Origin: an uncultured Methanomassiliicoccales archaeon
GTDB lineage: Archaea; Thermoplasmatota; Thermoplasmata; SG8-5
NCBI GenBank assembly: GCA_938004075.1
Contig: CALKWP010000013.1
Location: 11,734 to 75,733, forward strand
DNA length: 64,000 nucleotides
Reading direction: 5' to 3'
The notes under the pieces are model-generated. The model was not told the origin of the DNA and ran no database searches. It was given only the letters and a program-made list of their open reading frames with translations. A program made the position numbers and the translations under genes. Each line of letters opens with the position of its first letter. The stretch's first letter is position 1. This document shows positions 48,761 through 59,372 of this stretch, in pieces.

Positions 48761-49938
48761 TGAAAATGGTAATGACTGGCAATTATGCCTCGGCTTACGG
48801 TTCAAAGGTCTGCAGGGCGGAAGTCATCTCGGCTTACCCGATAACGCCGCAGACATCCATTGTGGAGAAAATCGCAACGCTTGTCTCATCCGGAGAAATG
48901 AAGGCCCAGTTCGTCAAGGTGGAGAGCGAGCACAGCGCAATGGCTGCGCTCATCTCAGCGTCCATGGCAGGCGCCAGGACTTACACGGCGACCTCTTCCC
49001 ACGGGCTTCTGCTGATGCACGAGCTCCTGATTTGGGCCGCCGGAGCGCGCACCCCGATAGTCATGAGCAATGTCTGCAGGGCCAACGGCCCGCCGTGGAG
49101 CGTCTGGGTGGACCATCATGACGCCATCGCGCAGCGCGACACCGGGTGGATGCAGGTGTTCTGCGAGGGCAACCAGGAAGTTCTTGATTCCATAATCATG
49201 GGGTACAAGCTGGGCGAGCGCCCCGACATACGCCTTCCCACCATGATAAACGAGGATGCTTTCATTCTCTCGCACACGGTCGAGCCGGTGGACGTTCCTG
49301 AGATGGAAGAAGTCGATGACTTCCTGCCGCCTTACAACCCCAGATTCAAGCTTGACGTTGACGAGCCATACGGCTTCGGAAGCCTGGTCATGCCCGAGAT
49401 GTACATGGAGTTCCGGTACAAGATCAACGAGGCCATGGAGGCCGCTAGGCAGGGCTGGAGGGATGTTGAGAAGGATTTCGAGAAGAAATTCGGCCGCAAC
49501 CACGGCGGCTTGGTGGAATTCTACAAGTGCGAGGACGCGGACTGCGTCCTGATAATGGCCGGGTCAATAGCCAGCACAGCGAAGGATGTCGTTGACAAGC
49601 TCCGCGCCGGGGGAAAGAAGGTCGGACTCGCCAGGATACGCGTATTCAGACCGTTCCCGGTTGAGGAGATTCGGAAACTTGCTGGTATGACCAACATCAT
49701 CAGCATGTGCGACCACTCCTACACATTCGGGCACTGCGGACCCATGGCCCAGGAGGTCAGGGGCGCGCTTTACGGGCTTGCTGACAAACCCACTGTCAAG
49801 AATTACATAGTCGGGCTGGGTGGCAAGGACATGACGCCGGACGTGATTGAGAAGATATACCTCAAGACTCTGGCGCTCAAGGGCGGCCCAGACCAGGAAA
49901 TCGAATGGATAGGCGTCAAGGGACATGGAGGCTGGTAA
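48760..49938 (+). CDS. porA: Pyruvate/2-oxoacid:ferredoxin oxidoreductase alpha subunit
   Basis: AYPITPQT, ESEHSA, TATSSHGL, RPFP. Confidence 0.92.
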   Translation: MKMVMTGNYASAYGSKVCRAEVISAYPITPQTSIVEKIATLVSSGEMKAQFVKVESEHSAMAALISASMAGARTYTATSSHGLLLMHELLIWAAGARTPIVMSNVCRANGPPWSVWVDHHDAIAQRDTGWMQVFCEGNQEVLDSIIMGYKLGERPDIRLPTMINEDAFILSHTVEPVDVPEMEEVDDFLPPYNPRFKLDVDEPYGFGSLVMPEMYMEFRYKINEAMEAARQGWRDVEKDFEKKFGRNHGGLVEFYKCEDADCVLIMAGSIASTAKDVVDKLRAGGKKVGLARIRVFRPFPVEEIRKLAGMTNIISMCDHSYTFGHCGPMAQEVRGALYGLADKPTVKNYIVGLGGKDMTPDVIEKIYLKTLALKGGPDQEIEWIGVKGHGGW

Positions 49939-49939
49939 C

Positions 49940-50848
49940 ATGGCAAAATTCACAATTCCGGAAGAAGAGTACATGAACCCCGGTCACGTCGGCTGTCTCG
50001 GGTGCGGCGCGTGCCACGCCATGCGCTACACGCTCAAGGCCCTGGGCCCAAAGACGATGATGAGCATTCCGGCCTGCTGCTGGGCTGTGATGCCCGGGCC
50101 ATTCCCGCTGAAGTGTCTGGAAGTTCCTCTGATAAACACGGCTTTCGAAGTTACTGGAGCTTCCATTTCCGGGATAAAGGCTGCGCTCGATGCGAAGGGC
50201 ATTAAAGATGTCACCGTCGTGGGATTTGCCGGGGACGGCGGAACCGCCGACATCGGAATTCAAGCACTATCCGGCATGGTCGAGCGCGGAACCGACGTCA
50301 TTTACATAATGTATGATAATGAGGCCTACATGAATACCGGCATCCAGAGGTCCTCATCAACGCCCGTGGGCGCTTGGACTACCACCACACCGGTGGGCGA
50401 GACCAAGGACTGGAAGCGCCAGCCCAAGAAGAACATGATGGACATCATGGTGGCGCACAAGATTCCATACGCGGCAACGTGCAGCGTCGGGTACCCCGAG
50501 GACATGATAAAGAAGCTGCAGAAGGCCAAGAGCATCCGCGGCCCGAAGTTCATCCAGATATATGCGCCATGCCCAACAGGATGGCGCATGCAGCCCGAGA
50601 AGACAATAGAAGTCTGCAGGCTGGCTATAGATACCGCTGCCTACCCGCTTTACGAGGTGGAGAACGGCGTCTACACCATCAGCCGCAAGCCAAAAGAGCT
50701 GAAATCAATCAAGGATTACATGGCCATCCAGGGCCGGTTCAGGCATCTGCCCGAGGAGGAGGTGGAGGCCATCCAGAGAACCGTGAAATGGGAATGGAAC
50801 CGCCTGCTGAAGCTTGAGACATTCACAAAGGAGCTGGTTGAAGGATGA
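49940..50848 (+). CDS. porB: Pyruvate/2-oxoacid:ferredoxin oxidoreductase beta subunit
   Basis: GHVGCLGCG, GDGGTADIG...DNEAYMNTGIQRS, APCPTGW. Confidence 0.92.
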   Translation: MAKFTIPEEEYMNPGHVGCLGCGACHAMRYTLKALGPKTMMSIPACCWAVMPGPFPLKCLEVPLINTAFEVTGASISGIKAALDAKGIKDVTVVGFAGDGGTADIGIQALSGMVERGTDVIYIMYDNEAYMNTGIQRSSSTPVGAWTTTTPVGETKDWKRQPKKNMMDIMVAHKIPYAATCSVGYPEDMIKKLQKAKSIRGPKFIQIYAPCPTGWRMQPEKTIEVCRLAIDTAAYPLYEVENGVYTISRKPKELKSIKDYMAIQGRFRHLPEEEVEAIQRTVKWEWNRLLKLETFTKELVEG

Positions 50849-52713
50849 GCCAGCTTCTTTCCAAGGAGAAGGGCAAGAAGATGTTCCTCCTGGGCAACGA
50901 GGCCATAGTCAGGGGCTCGCTCGAGGCGGGGCTGGATTTTGCGGCCTGCTATCCGGGAACGCCGTCCTCCGAGATCGGAAACACGTTCTACGAGATTGGC
51001 AAGGAAGCCAATGTCTACTTCGAATTCTCCACCAACGAGAAGGTCGCGATGGAGGTGGCGGCCGCGGCCTCAGCATGCGGCCTCAGATCAATGACGTTCA
51101 TGAAGCATGTCGGGCTTAATGTCGCGGCGGACGCATTCATGACTGTCGCTTACACAGGTGTCCGTGGCGGATTTGTAATAATCTCTGCGGACGACCCAGG
51201 CTGCCATTCCAGCCAGAACGAGCAGGACAATCGCTACTATGCGAGGATTGCCAAGGTGCCGATGCTGGAGCCGGTAAACGCACAGGAGGCGAAGGAAATG
51301 ACTCACTTCGCTTTCAAGATGTCTGAGGAAATCGGAATGCCGGTCATGCTCCGCACCACTACGAGGCTCAATCACGTCCGCGGCGCGGTCGTCACCGGCG
51401 AGCTCGGCCCCCAGCGCGGCAAGGGGCATTTCGACAAGGACCCGAAGAAATTCGTGACCATACCGTCGCACGCCAGGGTTGATCATGTCCTCCTTCTGGA
51501 GCGCATGGCAAGAGCTCTAGCCATCTCTGAAAAATCCGAATTCAACAGCATCATCGACATGGGCGGTTCCGAGTACGGGGTCATAACATCCGGCGTTGCC
51601 TACAATTACGTCGCGGATGTAATGGCTGCCGCCGGGATAAAGGGCAAGATACTGAAGCTGGGAATGACCTGGCCCCTGCCGGAAAAGATGATGAAAGAAT
51701 TCATCAAGTCCGTTGACAAGATCGTCATCGCAGAGGAAGGCGAGCCGCTCCTGGAGAACGAGGTCCTGGCGCTGGCCAAGGAAGCAAATCCGAAAGTCAG
51801 GGTTTACGGGAAGCGCTCCGGCCATTTCTCAGTCATGGGTGAGTATGATCCTGACGTCATGAAGGCGGGATTCTCCAAGATAACAGGAAAGGACCTCATG
51901 CCGAAGGGCGTGCACAAGCCCAGCATGGAGATACCGGTGAGGCCGCCGTCCCTCTGCCCTGGCTGCCCCCACCGTTCCACTTACTATGCAGCGAAACGCG
52001 CCCTGAAGCAGAATTTCAAGGAAGCGATATTCTCCAGCGACATAGGATGCTACACCCTGGGAATCCAGGATCCGATGAACACCGCGGATTTCCTGCTGTG
52101 CATGGGCTCCAGCGTTGACGCTGCGGGCGGGTTCTCGAAGGCCACAGACCAGCCGGTGCTGGCTTACCTCGGAGACTCGACATTCTTCCATTCCGGAATT
52201 CACGGCGTTGTCAATGCCGTGTACAACCGCCACAAGTTCGTCTACACGATACTGGATAACAGAACCACTGCCATGACAGGCCACCAGCCCAACCCCGGCA
52301 TGGGCACCGACGGCCGAGGCAATCCCGCGCCGATGGTGTCGATTGAAGACATCATCAAGGGCTGCGGCGTTGATTTCATTCGCACTGTGGACACGAGCGA
52401 CATCAAGGAGATGCAGAAAGCGTATGAAGACGCGCTGGCTCACGATAAACTTGCGGTGATAATCGCAAAGAGGGAATGCGTACTCCTGGAAGTGAGAGCT
52501 AGAAAGAAATCCGGAGACTTCAAAACCTGGCAGATAAACCAAGAGGAATGCAAGAAATGCCAGGTGTGCATCAAGACATGGGGCTGCCCCGCGATTTACC
52601 TGGCCGAGGATGGAACCGTCCACATCAATGAAGGAATCTGCAACGGCTGCGGCATCTGCGCGAAGGTCTGCCCGTTCAAGGCCATACATGAGAACACGGA
52701 GGCGAGAAAATGA
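50845..52713 (+). CDS. iorA: Indolepyruvate:ferredoxin oxidoreductase alpha subunit
   Basis: LLGNEAI, YPGTPSSE, MKHVGLNVAAD, SSQNEQD, LCPGCPHR, GDSTFFHSG, C-terminal ferredoxin. Confidence 0.95.
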   Translation: MSQLLSKEKGKKMFLLGNEAIVRGSLEAGLDFAACYPGTPSSEIGNTFYEIGKEANVYFEFSTNEKVAMEVAAAASACGLRSMTFMKHVGLNVAADAFMTVAYTGVRGGFVIISADDPGCHSSQNEQDNRYYARIAKVPMLEPVNAQEAKEMTHFAFKMSEEIGMPVMLRTTTRLNHVRGAVVTGELGPQRGKGHFDKDPKKFVTIPSHARVDHVLLLERMARALAISEKSEFNSIIDMGGSEYGVITSGVAYNYVADVMAAAGIKGKILKLGMTWPLPEKMMKEFIKSVDKIVIAEEGEPLLENEVLALAKEANPKVRVYGKRSGHFSVMGEYDPDVMKAGFSKITGKDLMPKGVHKPSMEIPVRPPSLCPGCPHRSTYYAAKRALKQNFKEAIFSSDIGCYTLGIQDPMNTADFLLCMGSSVDAAGGFSKATDQPVLAYLGDSTFFHSGIHGVVNAVYNRHKFVYTILDNRTTAMTGHQPNPGMGTDGRGNPAPMVSIEDIIKGCGVDFIRTVDTSDIKEMQKAYEDALAHDKLAVIIAKRECVLLEVRARKKSGDFKTWQINQEECKKCQVCIKTWGCPAIYLAEDGTVHINEGICNGCGICAKVCPFKAIHENTEARK

Positions 52714-53297
52714 CCAGGATAGTCGTTGTGGGAGTCGGCGGCCAGGGAGTGCTGTTCGCGTCGAAGGTGATCTCTGAGGCTGCGCTGGCGGACGGAAAGA
52801 ACGCGGTCATGAGCGAGGTCCACGGCATGGCCCAGCGCGGCGGCGTTGTCATGTGCAATATCTGCGTGGGATGCATCGAAAGTTCGCTTGTCGGTGATGC
52901 CGAAGCAGACATCATATTCGCCTTCGAGCCCATGGAAGCGTACCGGGCACTGCCCAAAGCCAACAAGGGCACAAGATTCGTCACCAGCACTTCCAAGGTA
53001 GTGCCAGTTGTCGTGTCGATCGGCAAGCAGAAATATCCGGATATAAACGCCATGTTCGATGAGATAAAATCCATCACGCCGAAGCTCACCGCTGTTGACG
53101 CCGACAAACTGGCGATTCAGGCCGGCTCTTACGTCGCTGCCAACTCGGTCCTGCTGGGGGCCCTTGCCGGAACTGCTGAGTGCCCGGTTTCCCTGGAGAA
53201 GATGAAGGAAGCGCTGAAGAACACCGTTCCTCCAAAGATGCTGGACATTAACATGAAAGCCTTCCAGCTGGGTTATGCCGCCGCTCAGGGATTGTAG
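52710..53297 (+). CDS. iorB: Indolepyruvate:ferredoxin oxidoreductase beta subunit
   Basis: GVGGQG, SEVHGMAQRGG. Confidence 0.93.
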   Translation: MTRIVVVGVGGQGVLFASKVISEAALADGKNAVMSEVHGMAQRGGVVMCNICVGCIESSLVGDAEADIIFAFEPMEAYRALPKANKGTRFVTSTSKVVPVVVSIGKQKYPDINAMFDEIKSITPKLTAVDADKLAIQAGSYVAANSVLLGALAGTAECPVSLEKMKEALKNTVPPKMLDINMKAFQLGYAAAQGL

Positions 53298-53302
53298 GTT
53301 AA

Positions 53303-53680
53303 TTACCCGAGCAGCGCCTTGTACTCCGCTGCGGAAATCAGGTCCGGGGAGTTGGCATTGGCGGTTTCGACAATGGCCAGCCATCCCTTTCCATAAGCGT
53401 CCGCGTTGATGTCGCCAGGCGAGTTCTCCAGGTCGGAATTGACTTCGATGACCTTGCCGGAGACAGGTGAATAAACATCGCTGGTGCTCTTGACGGACTC
53501 GACTGTCGCGATCGCGTCGCCGGCCTTGACTACCTGGCCGATCTTGGGCAGTTCGATGTAGACAATGTCGGTAAGCTCTTCCTGCGCGTGATCGGTGATG
53601 CCGACGGTTACGCGGCTGCCCTCTATCCTGGCCCATTCATGCTTCTTCGTGTATTTCAAATTGTCCGGAACGTTGCTCAT
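53303..53680 (-). CDS. gcvH: Glycine cleavage system H protein (lipoyl carrier)
   Basis: YTKKHEW, GITDHAQ, VESVKST, DAYGKGW. Confidence 0.93.
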   Translation of the reverse strand: MSNVPDNLKYTKKHEWARIEGSRVTVGITDHAQEELTDIVYIELPKIGQVVKAGDAIATVESVKSTSDVYSPVSGKVIEVNSDLENSPGDINADAYGKGWLAIVETANANSPDLISAAEYKALLG

Positions 53681-53793
53681 GGTCTCGACCTTCCTGAGAC
53701 GGTATTGCCTGAAAGGTATAAATTTTACCGTGGGATTTCGCCATCACGTTTTTATAAGAACCCGGTTTTGCCCGGAAGCAAGGAGAAATCATC

Positions 53794-55458
53794 ATGCAGG
53801 AATACGAACTTATCGTCATAGGCGGCGTTGCCGCGGGGACAAAAGCCGCTGCCAAATCAAGGCGGGAGCAGCCGGACTGGAGAATTGCCATCATAACGAG
53901 GGATGACGATGTTTCGTATGCGGGTTGCGGCCTTCCCTACTTCATCGGAAACGTCATCCAGAACCGTGCGCAGCTTGTTGTCCGCACGCCAGAGACACTC
54001 CGCCAGAATCACAACATTGATGTGTTCACAAGGCACAATGCGGTCAGCATTGACAGGGTGAAGCACACCGTTTCAGTGGAGAAATTGGATTCGAGTGAGA
54101 AACTTGAGTTCAGATACGGAAAGCTTCTCCTTGCCACCGGCGCCAGCGCAATGAGGCCGCCAATACCCGGCATTGATTCAAAGAGGATTCACACTCTGAG
54201 GTCAGTCACCGATGCCGACGCGATACTGGCATCCATGAGAGAGAAAGCCGGAAAAGCGGTTGTTGTCGGCGGGGGATTCATCGGCATCGAGACAGCGGAG
54301 AACCTGAAGCACCGCGGCTGGGACGTCACAGTCGTTGAGATGCTGCCCCAGATACTGCCCCCTTTCGATTTGGAGATTGCGCTCATGATGCAGAAGCATC
54401 TGGAGAATCACGGCGTGAAGGTCCTCACCGGCACCTGCGTCCAGTCATTCTCAGAAAAAGGCAGCGCTGTGGAGGTTGCCACCAGCGGCGGGAATTTCAC
54501 TGCCGACCTGGTCATACTCTCCATCGGCATAAAACCGAATAACGAGCTGGCGCGCGATGCTGGCCTAGTGCTCGGATGCCGCAACACCATCCGCGTTGAC
54601 GCGGGCGGCCGCACATCCGACCCGGATATTTACGCTGCAGGCGACTGCGCCAGCACTTTCCACATTCTCAACGGCTGCGAGGCATGGTCGCCGATGGGCT
54701 CAACGGCGAACAAGCAGGCCAGGCAGGCCGCGCTCACTCTGACCGGAACCGATTCCGAATTCCCCGGAGTATTGGGGACAATGGTGGTCAGGGCCTTCGG
54801 GTATTCGGCTGCCAGAACAGGAATGAATGAGAGGGAGGCGAAAGAGGCCGGGATGAATGCCATTTCAGTTCTCGTTCCGGCTGACGACAGGGCGCATTAC
54901 TACCCTGGCAGCGAGAAGATTGCCATCAAGCTCATCGCAAACGCCGACTCGGGTGAGATACTGGGCTGCCAGACCTACGGCATGGGCGACATTGACAAAC
55001 CACTGGACGCGATTGCAGTGGCCATCACCATGGGCGCCACCGCCCATGACATAGCCCATGTGGATTTCGCTTACGCGCCGCCCTTCTCGACCGCCATAAA
55101 TCCGGTTAATCTGGCGTGCTATGTCCTCCAGAACAAGCTGTCCGGAAAGCTGGAAAGCATCGGCCCGATCGAAGCCCAGCGCATGATAGAATCACCTGAC
55201 TGGGACGGGTTGCTCCTGGACCCCAGGGAGGAGCCGGAGTTCATGATCGGAACGGTTCCCGGCGCAGTCAACATACCCATTCACGAGTTCCCTGCCAGGC
55301 TGCAAGAGGTTGAGGCCTACAAGGAGAAGACGGTGCTCGTTGTCTGCAACTATGGCAAGAGGGCGTTCGAAGCGTATGTCCGACTCAAGCATAATGGATT
55401 CATCAGGGCAAAAGTATTAGAGGGCGGAACGAAATTCTGGCCTTACGAGATAGAGTAG
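53794..55458 (+). CDS. CoA-disulfide/persulfide reductase with C-terminal rhodanese domain (Npsr-like)
   Basis: GGVAAG, SYAGCGLPY, YYPG, YAPPFS, rhodanese VVCNYGKR. Confidence 0.88.
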   Translation: MQEYELIVIGGVAAGTKAAAKSRREQPDWRIAIITRDDDVSYAGCGLPYFIGNVIQNRAQLVVRTPETLRQNHNIDVFTRHNAVSIDRVKHTVSVEKLDSSEKLEFRYGKLLLATGASAMRPPIPGIDSKRIHTLRSVTDADAILASMREKAGKAVVVGGGFIGIETAENLKHRGWDVTVVEMLPQILPPFDLEIALMMQKHLENHGVKVLTGTCVQSFSEKGSAVEVATSGGNFTADLVILSIGIKPNNELARDAGLVLGCRNTIRVDAGGRTSDPDIYAAGDCASTFHILNGCEAWSPMGSTANKQARQAALTLTGTDSEFPGVLGTMVVRAFGYSAARTGMNEREAKEAGMNAISVLVPADDRAHYYPGSEKIAIKLIANADSGEILGCQTYGMGDIDKPLDAIAVAITMGATAHDIAHVDFAYAPPFSTAINPVNLACYVLQNKLSGKLESIGPIEAQRMIESPDWDGLLLDPREEPEFMIGTVPGAVNIPIHEFPARLQEVEAYKEKTVLVVCNYGKRAFEAYVRLKHNGFIRAKVLEGGTKFWPYEIE

Positions 55459-55467
55459 GTGAGTGAA

Positions 55468-55689
55468 ATGGCAGTAAAGGAAATAGATGCCAGAGGGATG
55501 CAGTGCCCCGGACCGATAGTCGAAGTCTTCAAGGCCATCAAAGCCGCCCAGCCCGGCGATGAGATCAAGATTCAAGTCACTGACAAGGGGTTCCTCGAGG
55601 ACATCAAGACATGGTGCAGGAAGACCGGGAATATCCTGGTCTCGCTGGAGGACGGCCAGCCGATAAAGGCGACAATCAGGAAGAAGTAG
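55468..55689 (+). CDS. tusA: TusA-family sulfur carrier, copy 1
   Basis: IDARGMQCPGP, DIKTWC. Confidence 0.88.
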   Translation: MAVKEIDARGMQCPGPIVEVFKAIKAAQPGDEIKIQVTDKGFLEDIKTWCRKTGNILVSLEDGQPIKATIRKK

Positions 55690-55696
55690 GAGCAGA

Positions 55697-55933
55697 ATGA
55701 CAGAGCACAGGGTGGATGTGAAAGGAAAAGCCTGCCCGCAGCCGATAATGGAGACGGCCAGGGCTATGAAGGCTGCAGCGCCAGGCGACATCATCATCGT
55801 CGAGGCGACCGATGTCGGGTTCTACAACGACATCACGGCCTGGTGCAAGAAGACCGGCAATGAACTTATTTCACTTGAGAAGCGCATCTCGATTTACGTT
55901 GTAAAGATAAAGAAACAGGAGATATTGAAATGA
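55697..55933 (+). CDS. tusA: TusA-family sulfur carrier, copy 2
   Basis: VDVKGKACPQP, DITAWC. Confidence 0.88.
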   Translation: MTEHRVDVKGKACPQPIMETARAMKAAAPGDIIIVEATDVGFYNDITAWCKKTGNELISLEKRISIYVVKIKKQEILK

Positions 55934-56391
55934 CGAAAAACGCGATAATAATGTTCAGCGGGGACTTCGACAAGGCCATGGCGGGCATGATAATAGCCAA
56001 CGGAGCCGCGGCCATGGGGAATGATGTGACTATTTTCTTCACGTTCTGGGGCCTGAATCTTCTCAGGAAGCCGCAGAAGGTCAAGGTCAAGAAGACCATG
56101 ATGGACGCCATGTTCGGCAGCATGATGCCCAGAGGTCCGCAAGCCGCCAAGCTCTCCAAGATGTCCTGGGCCACCGGCCAGATGAAGAAGACCATGAAGA
56201 AGAAACACGTCCAGGAGATAACGGAGCTCATGGAACAGGCCAAGGCCATGGGAGTGAAATTCATCGCCTGCACGATGTCCATGGATGTCATGGGGATTCA
56301 GAAGGAAGAGCTCATAGACGGGCTGGAGTTCGCCGGGGTTGCCACTTACATCGGGACCGCGGATGAGAGCACAATAACGCTGTTCATCTAG
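55930..56391 (+). CDS. DsrE2/DsrE-like sulfur relay protein
   Basis: FSGDFDKA, FFTFWGL, ACTMSMDVMG. Confidence 0.88.
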   Translation: MTKNAIIMFSGDFDKAMAGMIIANGAAAMGNDVTIFFTFWGLNLLRKPQKVKVKKTMMDAMFGSMMPRGPQAAKLSKMSWATGQMKKTMKKKHVQEITELMEQAKAMGVKFIACTMSMDVMGIQKEELIDGLEFAGVATYIGTADESTITLFI

Positions 56392-57407
56392 AACCAGGAG
56401 TCGAGGCTTCTCTGCGCCCTCGTCTTCTGCCCCAGCTCTATCTTGTCCAGAGTTGCCTGCAATCTCTGGCTGGAGAATTCAAAATCATCGCACAGCAATG
56501 CCTCGATTGCCGGGCGGTCCATGGCGCCCCATTCCAGCGCGTAGTTATCTTTCACCGCAGGCTTAAGGAACATCTGCCTGATGTTCTCAAATCCGGGTAC
56601 ATCAAGGTTCTTGGCTTCTATCGCTGCCTGGCCGCTGCCAAATTCCTTGATCAGCTTCAGTGCTTTCTTGGGGCCGATGCCCTTGACTCCCGGGTTAAAA
56701 TCGGTTCCTATGATGACGCCCATGTCCACCAGCTGCTCGCGTGTGACGCCCAGAGCGCCGAGAACATCCGCCAGCCTCAGGATTTCCGGAACCACGTCAA
56801 CATAAACGTTCCTGCGGGGCATTTTCCTTCTTCCAGATAGCGTGAGATTGCGAATGAGAACAGGAGCGCCGAACAGCAGCGCGTCATAATCCTGGGACGC
56901 GGCCGCGTAAACATCCCCTTTCTGGGCCATGTAGCTGGCCTGGGCCTCCCCTTCCTCTTCGGCATCCACTGAGGGGACGCCCATGTACCCCAATAGCGTT
57001 TTCGCCTGGGCGACCATGTCCTTGGTGAGCTTCGAGGTCTGCTGGGCTTTTATCCTGGCGGTCTCCATGTCCCCGGCTTTCAGCGCCTCTTCCCACTGGG
57101 TCATGGCCTTCTCCTTGCGCTGGCGCCGTTCCTGCAGGGTCCCGGCCTTCAGGGCATTGGGCTTGCCGTCGAACACATAAACAGGTTTTATGCCGGCTTC
57201 AAGAAGGTTCGCCGTCCTGTGGAATGTTCCGGAAAGGTGTGAAGTCACCCTGCCCCTTGAGTCGGTGAGCGGCGAGCCGTCGGCCTGGCGTATGCTGCTT
57301 AGGAACTGGTAGAGCGCGTTGTAGCCGTCTATTGCAACCGTGCGGCCTTTCAGGTCCTTCAGCGTGCATGGCTTCGGCTCCAGTATGTCGGACAGGTCTA
57401 TCCCCAT
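56388..57407 (-). CDS. fen: Flap endonuclease 1
   Basis: IDGYNALYQFL, TSHLSG, EGEAQA, SQDYD, GTDFN, C-terminal PIP box QRSLDSWF. Confidence 0.96.
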   Translation of the reverse strand: MGIDLSDILEPKPCTLKDLKGRTVAIDGYNALYQFLSSIRQADGSPLTDSRGRVTSHLSGTFHRTANLLEAGIKPVYVFDGKPNALKAGTLQERRQRKEKAMTQWEEALKAGDMETARIKAQQTSKLTKDMVAQAKTLLGYMGVPSVDAEEEGEAQASYMAQKGDVYAAASQDYDALLFGAPVLIRNLTLSGRRKMPRRNVYVDVVPEILRLADVLGALGVTREQLVDMGVIIGTDFNPGVKGIGPKKALKLIKEFGSGQAAIEAKNLDVPGFENIRQMFLKPAVKDNYALEWGAMDRPAIEALLCDDFEFSSQRLQATLDKIELGQKTRAQRSLDSWF

Positions 57408-57444
57408 GAGCGGGGGAATGGGCTACCGATTAATGGTCTTTTCC

Positions 57445-59289
57445 TCAGAACCACATCTGCTGCTTGCCTACAACGATGATCACGATGACGACGACGATTA
57501 TGATGACGATGATGCCTATCCAGAGCCAGGGAATGTTGCTTCCGGGAGAGGCTGTCTTCACATCGAAATGCGGTATTCCATTGGGTTCCGCGTAGCCTGT
57601 GGCGACTGTAACATCCTGTCCTTTGATGAATTCGGGCAGCAGGAACTCGCCCTGGAGCTTGCCCTTGTCATTCTCCTGAAGCTGTATCATGTTGCCAGCC
57701 GGGACCCAGCTCATCCATTCCGGGTCGTAGCTGTCCATCTTGTCGAGGCTTGCCGGGCCGATGCCCCAGAATGCCAGCACCGGGTCCCCTGGCTCAGCGT
57801 CCAGGCTGACGGTGACCTTGCCGGCCTTCCCGGGCTTGAAGCTGCCGATGCTCAGGGAGACGCCGCCATCGCCATCCAGTTTGCCCTGGTAGGCGTGGAA
57901 CACAAAACCGTCGGAGTCCCATTGGTTGGGCGGCCAGACATCGTAGAACATGCCGTCATCGAGGTCGTAAGTCTGATTGACGAATCCTGAACGGTCAAGC
58001 GGCACCTCTATCCGAACGGAAATCTCGCACTGCTTGGCAGGCGTTTTGAACGCCAGGGAGAACTTGCCCAGCGCATCAGTGGTAATGGTTCCAGCGCTGA
58101 TGACCTCCCTGTCAACTTCCAGGTGGCTGCCGGTTCCGCCGAAGAGAGAGAAATCCGTTCCTGTCGCAGTCACGTAATAATGCATGGTCTTGGTGGACGC
58201 CGGAACCCTGGCAACGTATGCGCCGTATGGGATTGTGACTTCTGTGTTGGGCTTGAAAATTTTATCGGTCCCTTCCCAGATTATGTCAAATCCGCTGTGA
58301 TGCGGCTGCTCGGCAAGTGGATTGAAAACCGCGCCCTCGATCGTTTGATTGAGCCCGGCCGCGAGAACGTATCCGGAGAAAGACGCCGTGCCGTCTACGT
58401 TTGTGATGTGCAGAAGGTATTTCCCCGATACATTGGTCACGCCGAAATATTCATCATTGGGCCAGCCGTTCCTCCGAACGTAGAAATTTGCTCCGGAGAT
58501 CGCCTTGCCATCCGAATCGGCCACGCAGACCTCGAAGGAGACCTGGTCGCCGGCCGAGGATATCTTGTGATACCACACCTCCATCACGTTGAGGTGGATG
58601 CGCGCCGAGTCAGTGTTCCCGATCCCCAGGGGCTGGGCCAGCAATTCGTATGTACCGCTGACCGATGTTTCCGGCATCGAGAAGAGAACATCGTAAATGC
58701 CGGTGGATTTTTCAGTGTATGTGAGGTTCTGCCTCTGGCCGGTCGGTGTTTCCAGGTACAGTTGGGTGAATCCGGTAATCGGTATGGGGGTGGAGCCGGT
58801 TCTCACCAGAACGGTCGCGTGCAGCTCGTCGCCGGGCCTTGCGGGCACGTTCTTCTGGCCGCCGATTGTCACGTCCACGGTATCCTGGATTGAGTAGACA
58901 GTTATCCGGGCCTGGCCTTCCTCGTAATCGTTTCCGGAGTTTACCGTGTAAAAGAAATAGAGGTGATGGTTGTTATCGCTGGCCTTCACTGTGTACTGGC
59001 CCTGGTAGACGCCGGTCGCGGGCTTTGTCAGGGTGATGTTCACGGGGTTGTTGAGGCCGTGATTTGTGCTCATGCCCAGGTAGGCGTCGGTTATGTCAGG
59101 AAGGTCCTTGGGTGCTCCCGCGTCATAGACCTTCAGCTGAACGGTTATCGTGTCCCCGGGGCTGTAATTCCTGTCCTCGACCGTCATGACAACGTGGATC
59201 GAATCGTTCTCGGCTGCGGCTAAGGGGGACAAAATCCCCATGACCAGCATCATTGCCATTCCCATTATGAATAATTTATTTCCCTTCAT
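57445..59289 (-). CDS. Secreted, C-terminally membrane-anchored beta-rich surface protein
   Basis: Signal peptide, Thr/Gly/Tyr-rich Ig-like segments, C-terminal TM. Confidence 0.7.
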   Translation of the reverse strand: MKGNKLFIMGMAMMLVMGILSPLAAAENDSIHVVMTVEDRNYSPGDTITVQLKVYDAGAPKDLPDITDAYLGMSTNHGLNNPVNITLTKPATGVYQGQYTVKASDNNHHLYFFYTVNSGNDYEEGQARITVYSIQDTVDVTIGGQKNVPARPGDELHATVLVRTGSTPIPITGFTQLYLETPTGQRQNLTYTEKSTGIYDVLFSMPETSVSGTYELLAQPLGIGNTDSARIHLNVMEVWYHKISSAGDQVSFEVCVADSDGKAISGANFYVRRNGWPNDEYFGVTNVSGKYLLHITNVDGTASFSGYVLAAGLNQTIEGAVFNPLAEQPHHSGFDIIWEGTDKIFKPNTEVTIPYGAYVARVPASTKTMHYYVTATGTDFSLFGGTGSHLEVDREVISAGTITTDALGKFSLAFKTPAKQCEISVRIEVPLDRSGFVNQTYDLDDGMFYDVWPPNQWDSDGFVFHAYQGKLDGDGGVSLSIGSFKPGKAGKVTVSLDAEPGDPVLAFWGIGPASLDKMDSYDPEWMSWVPAGNMIQLQENDKGKLQGEFLLPEFIKGQDVTVATGYAEPNGIPHFDVKTASPGSNIPWLWIGIIVIIIVVVIVIIVVGKQQMWF

Positions 59290-59372
59290 ACCTATCAAGG
59301 ATTATATAAGAGTGCAACTATAAAAAAGGTTCGCAGAGCCCTGAGAAAGGCTTTTACGGCTGACGGCGATTC

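Noticed and set aside
57470..57515. GAT/GAC trinucleotide-like repeat
   Set aside because: It is the antisense of Ile/Val codons in a C-terminal TM helix.
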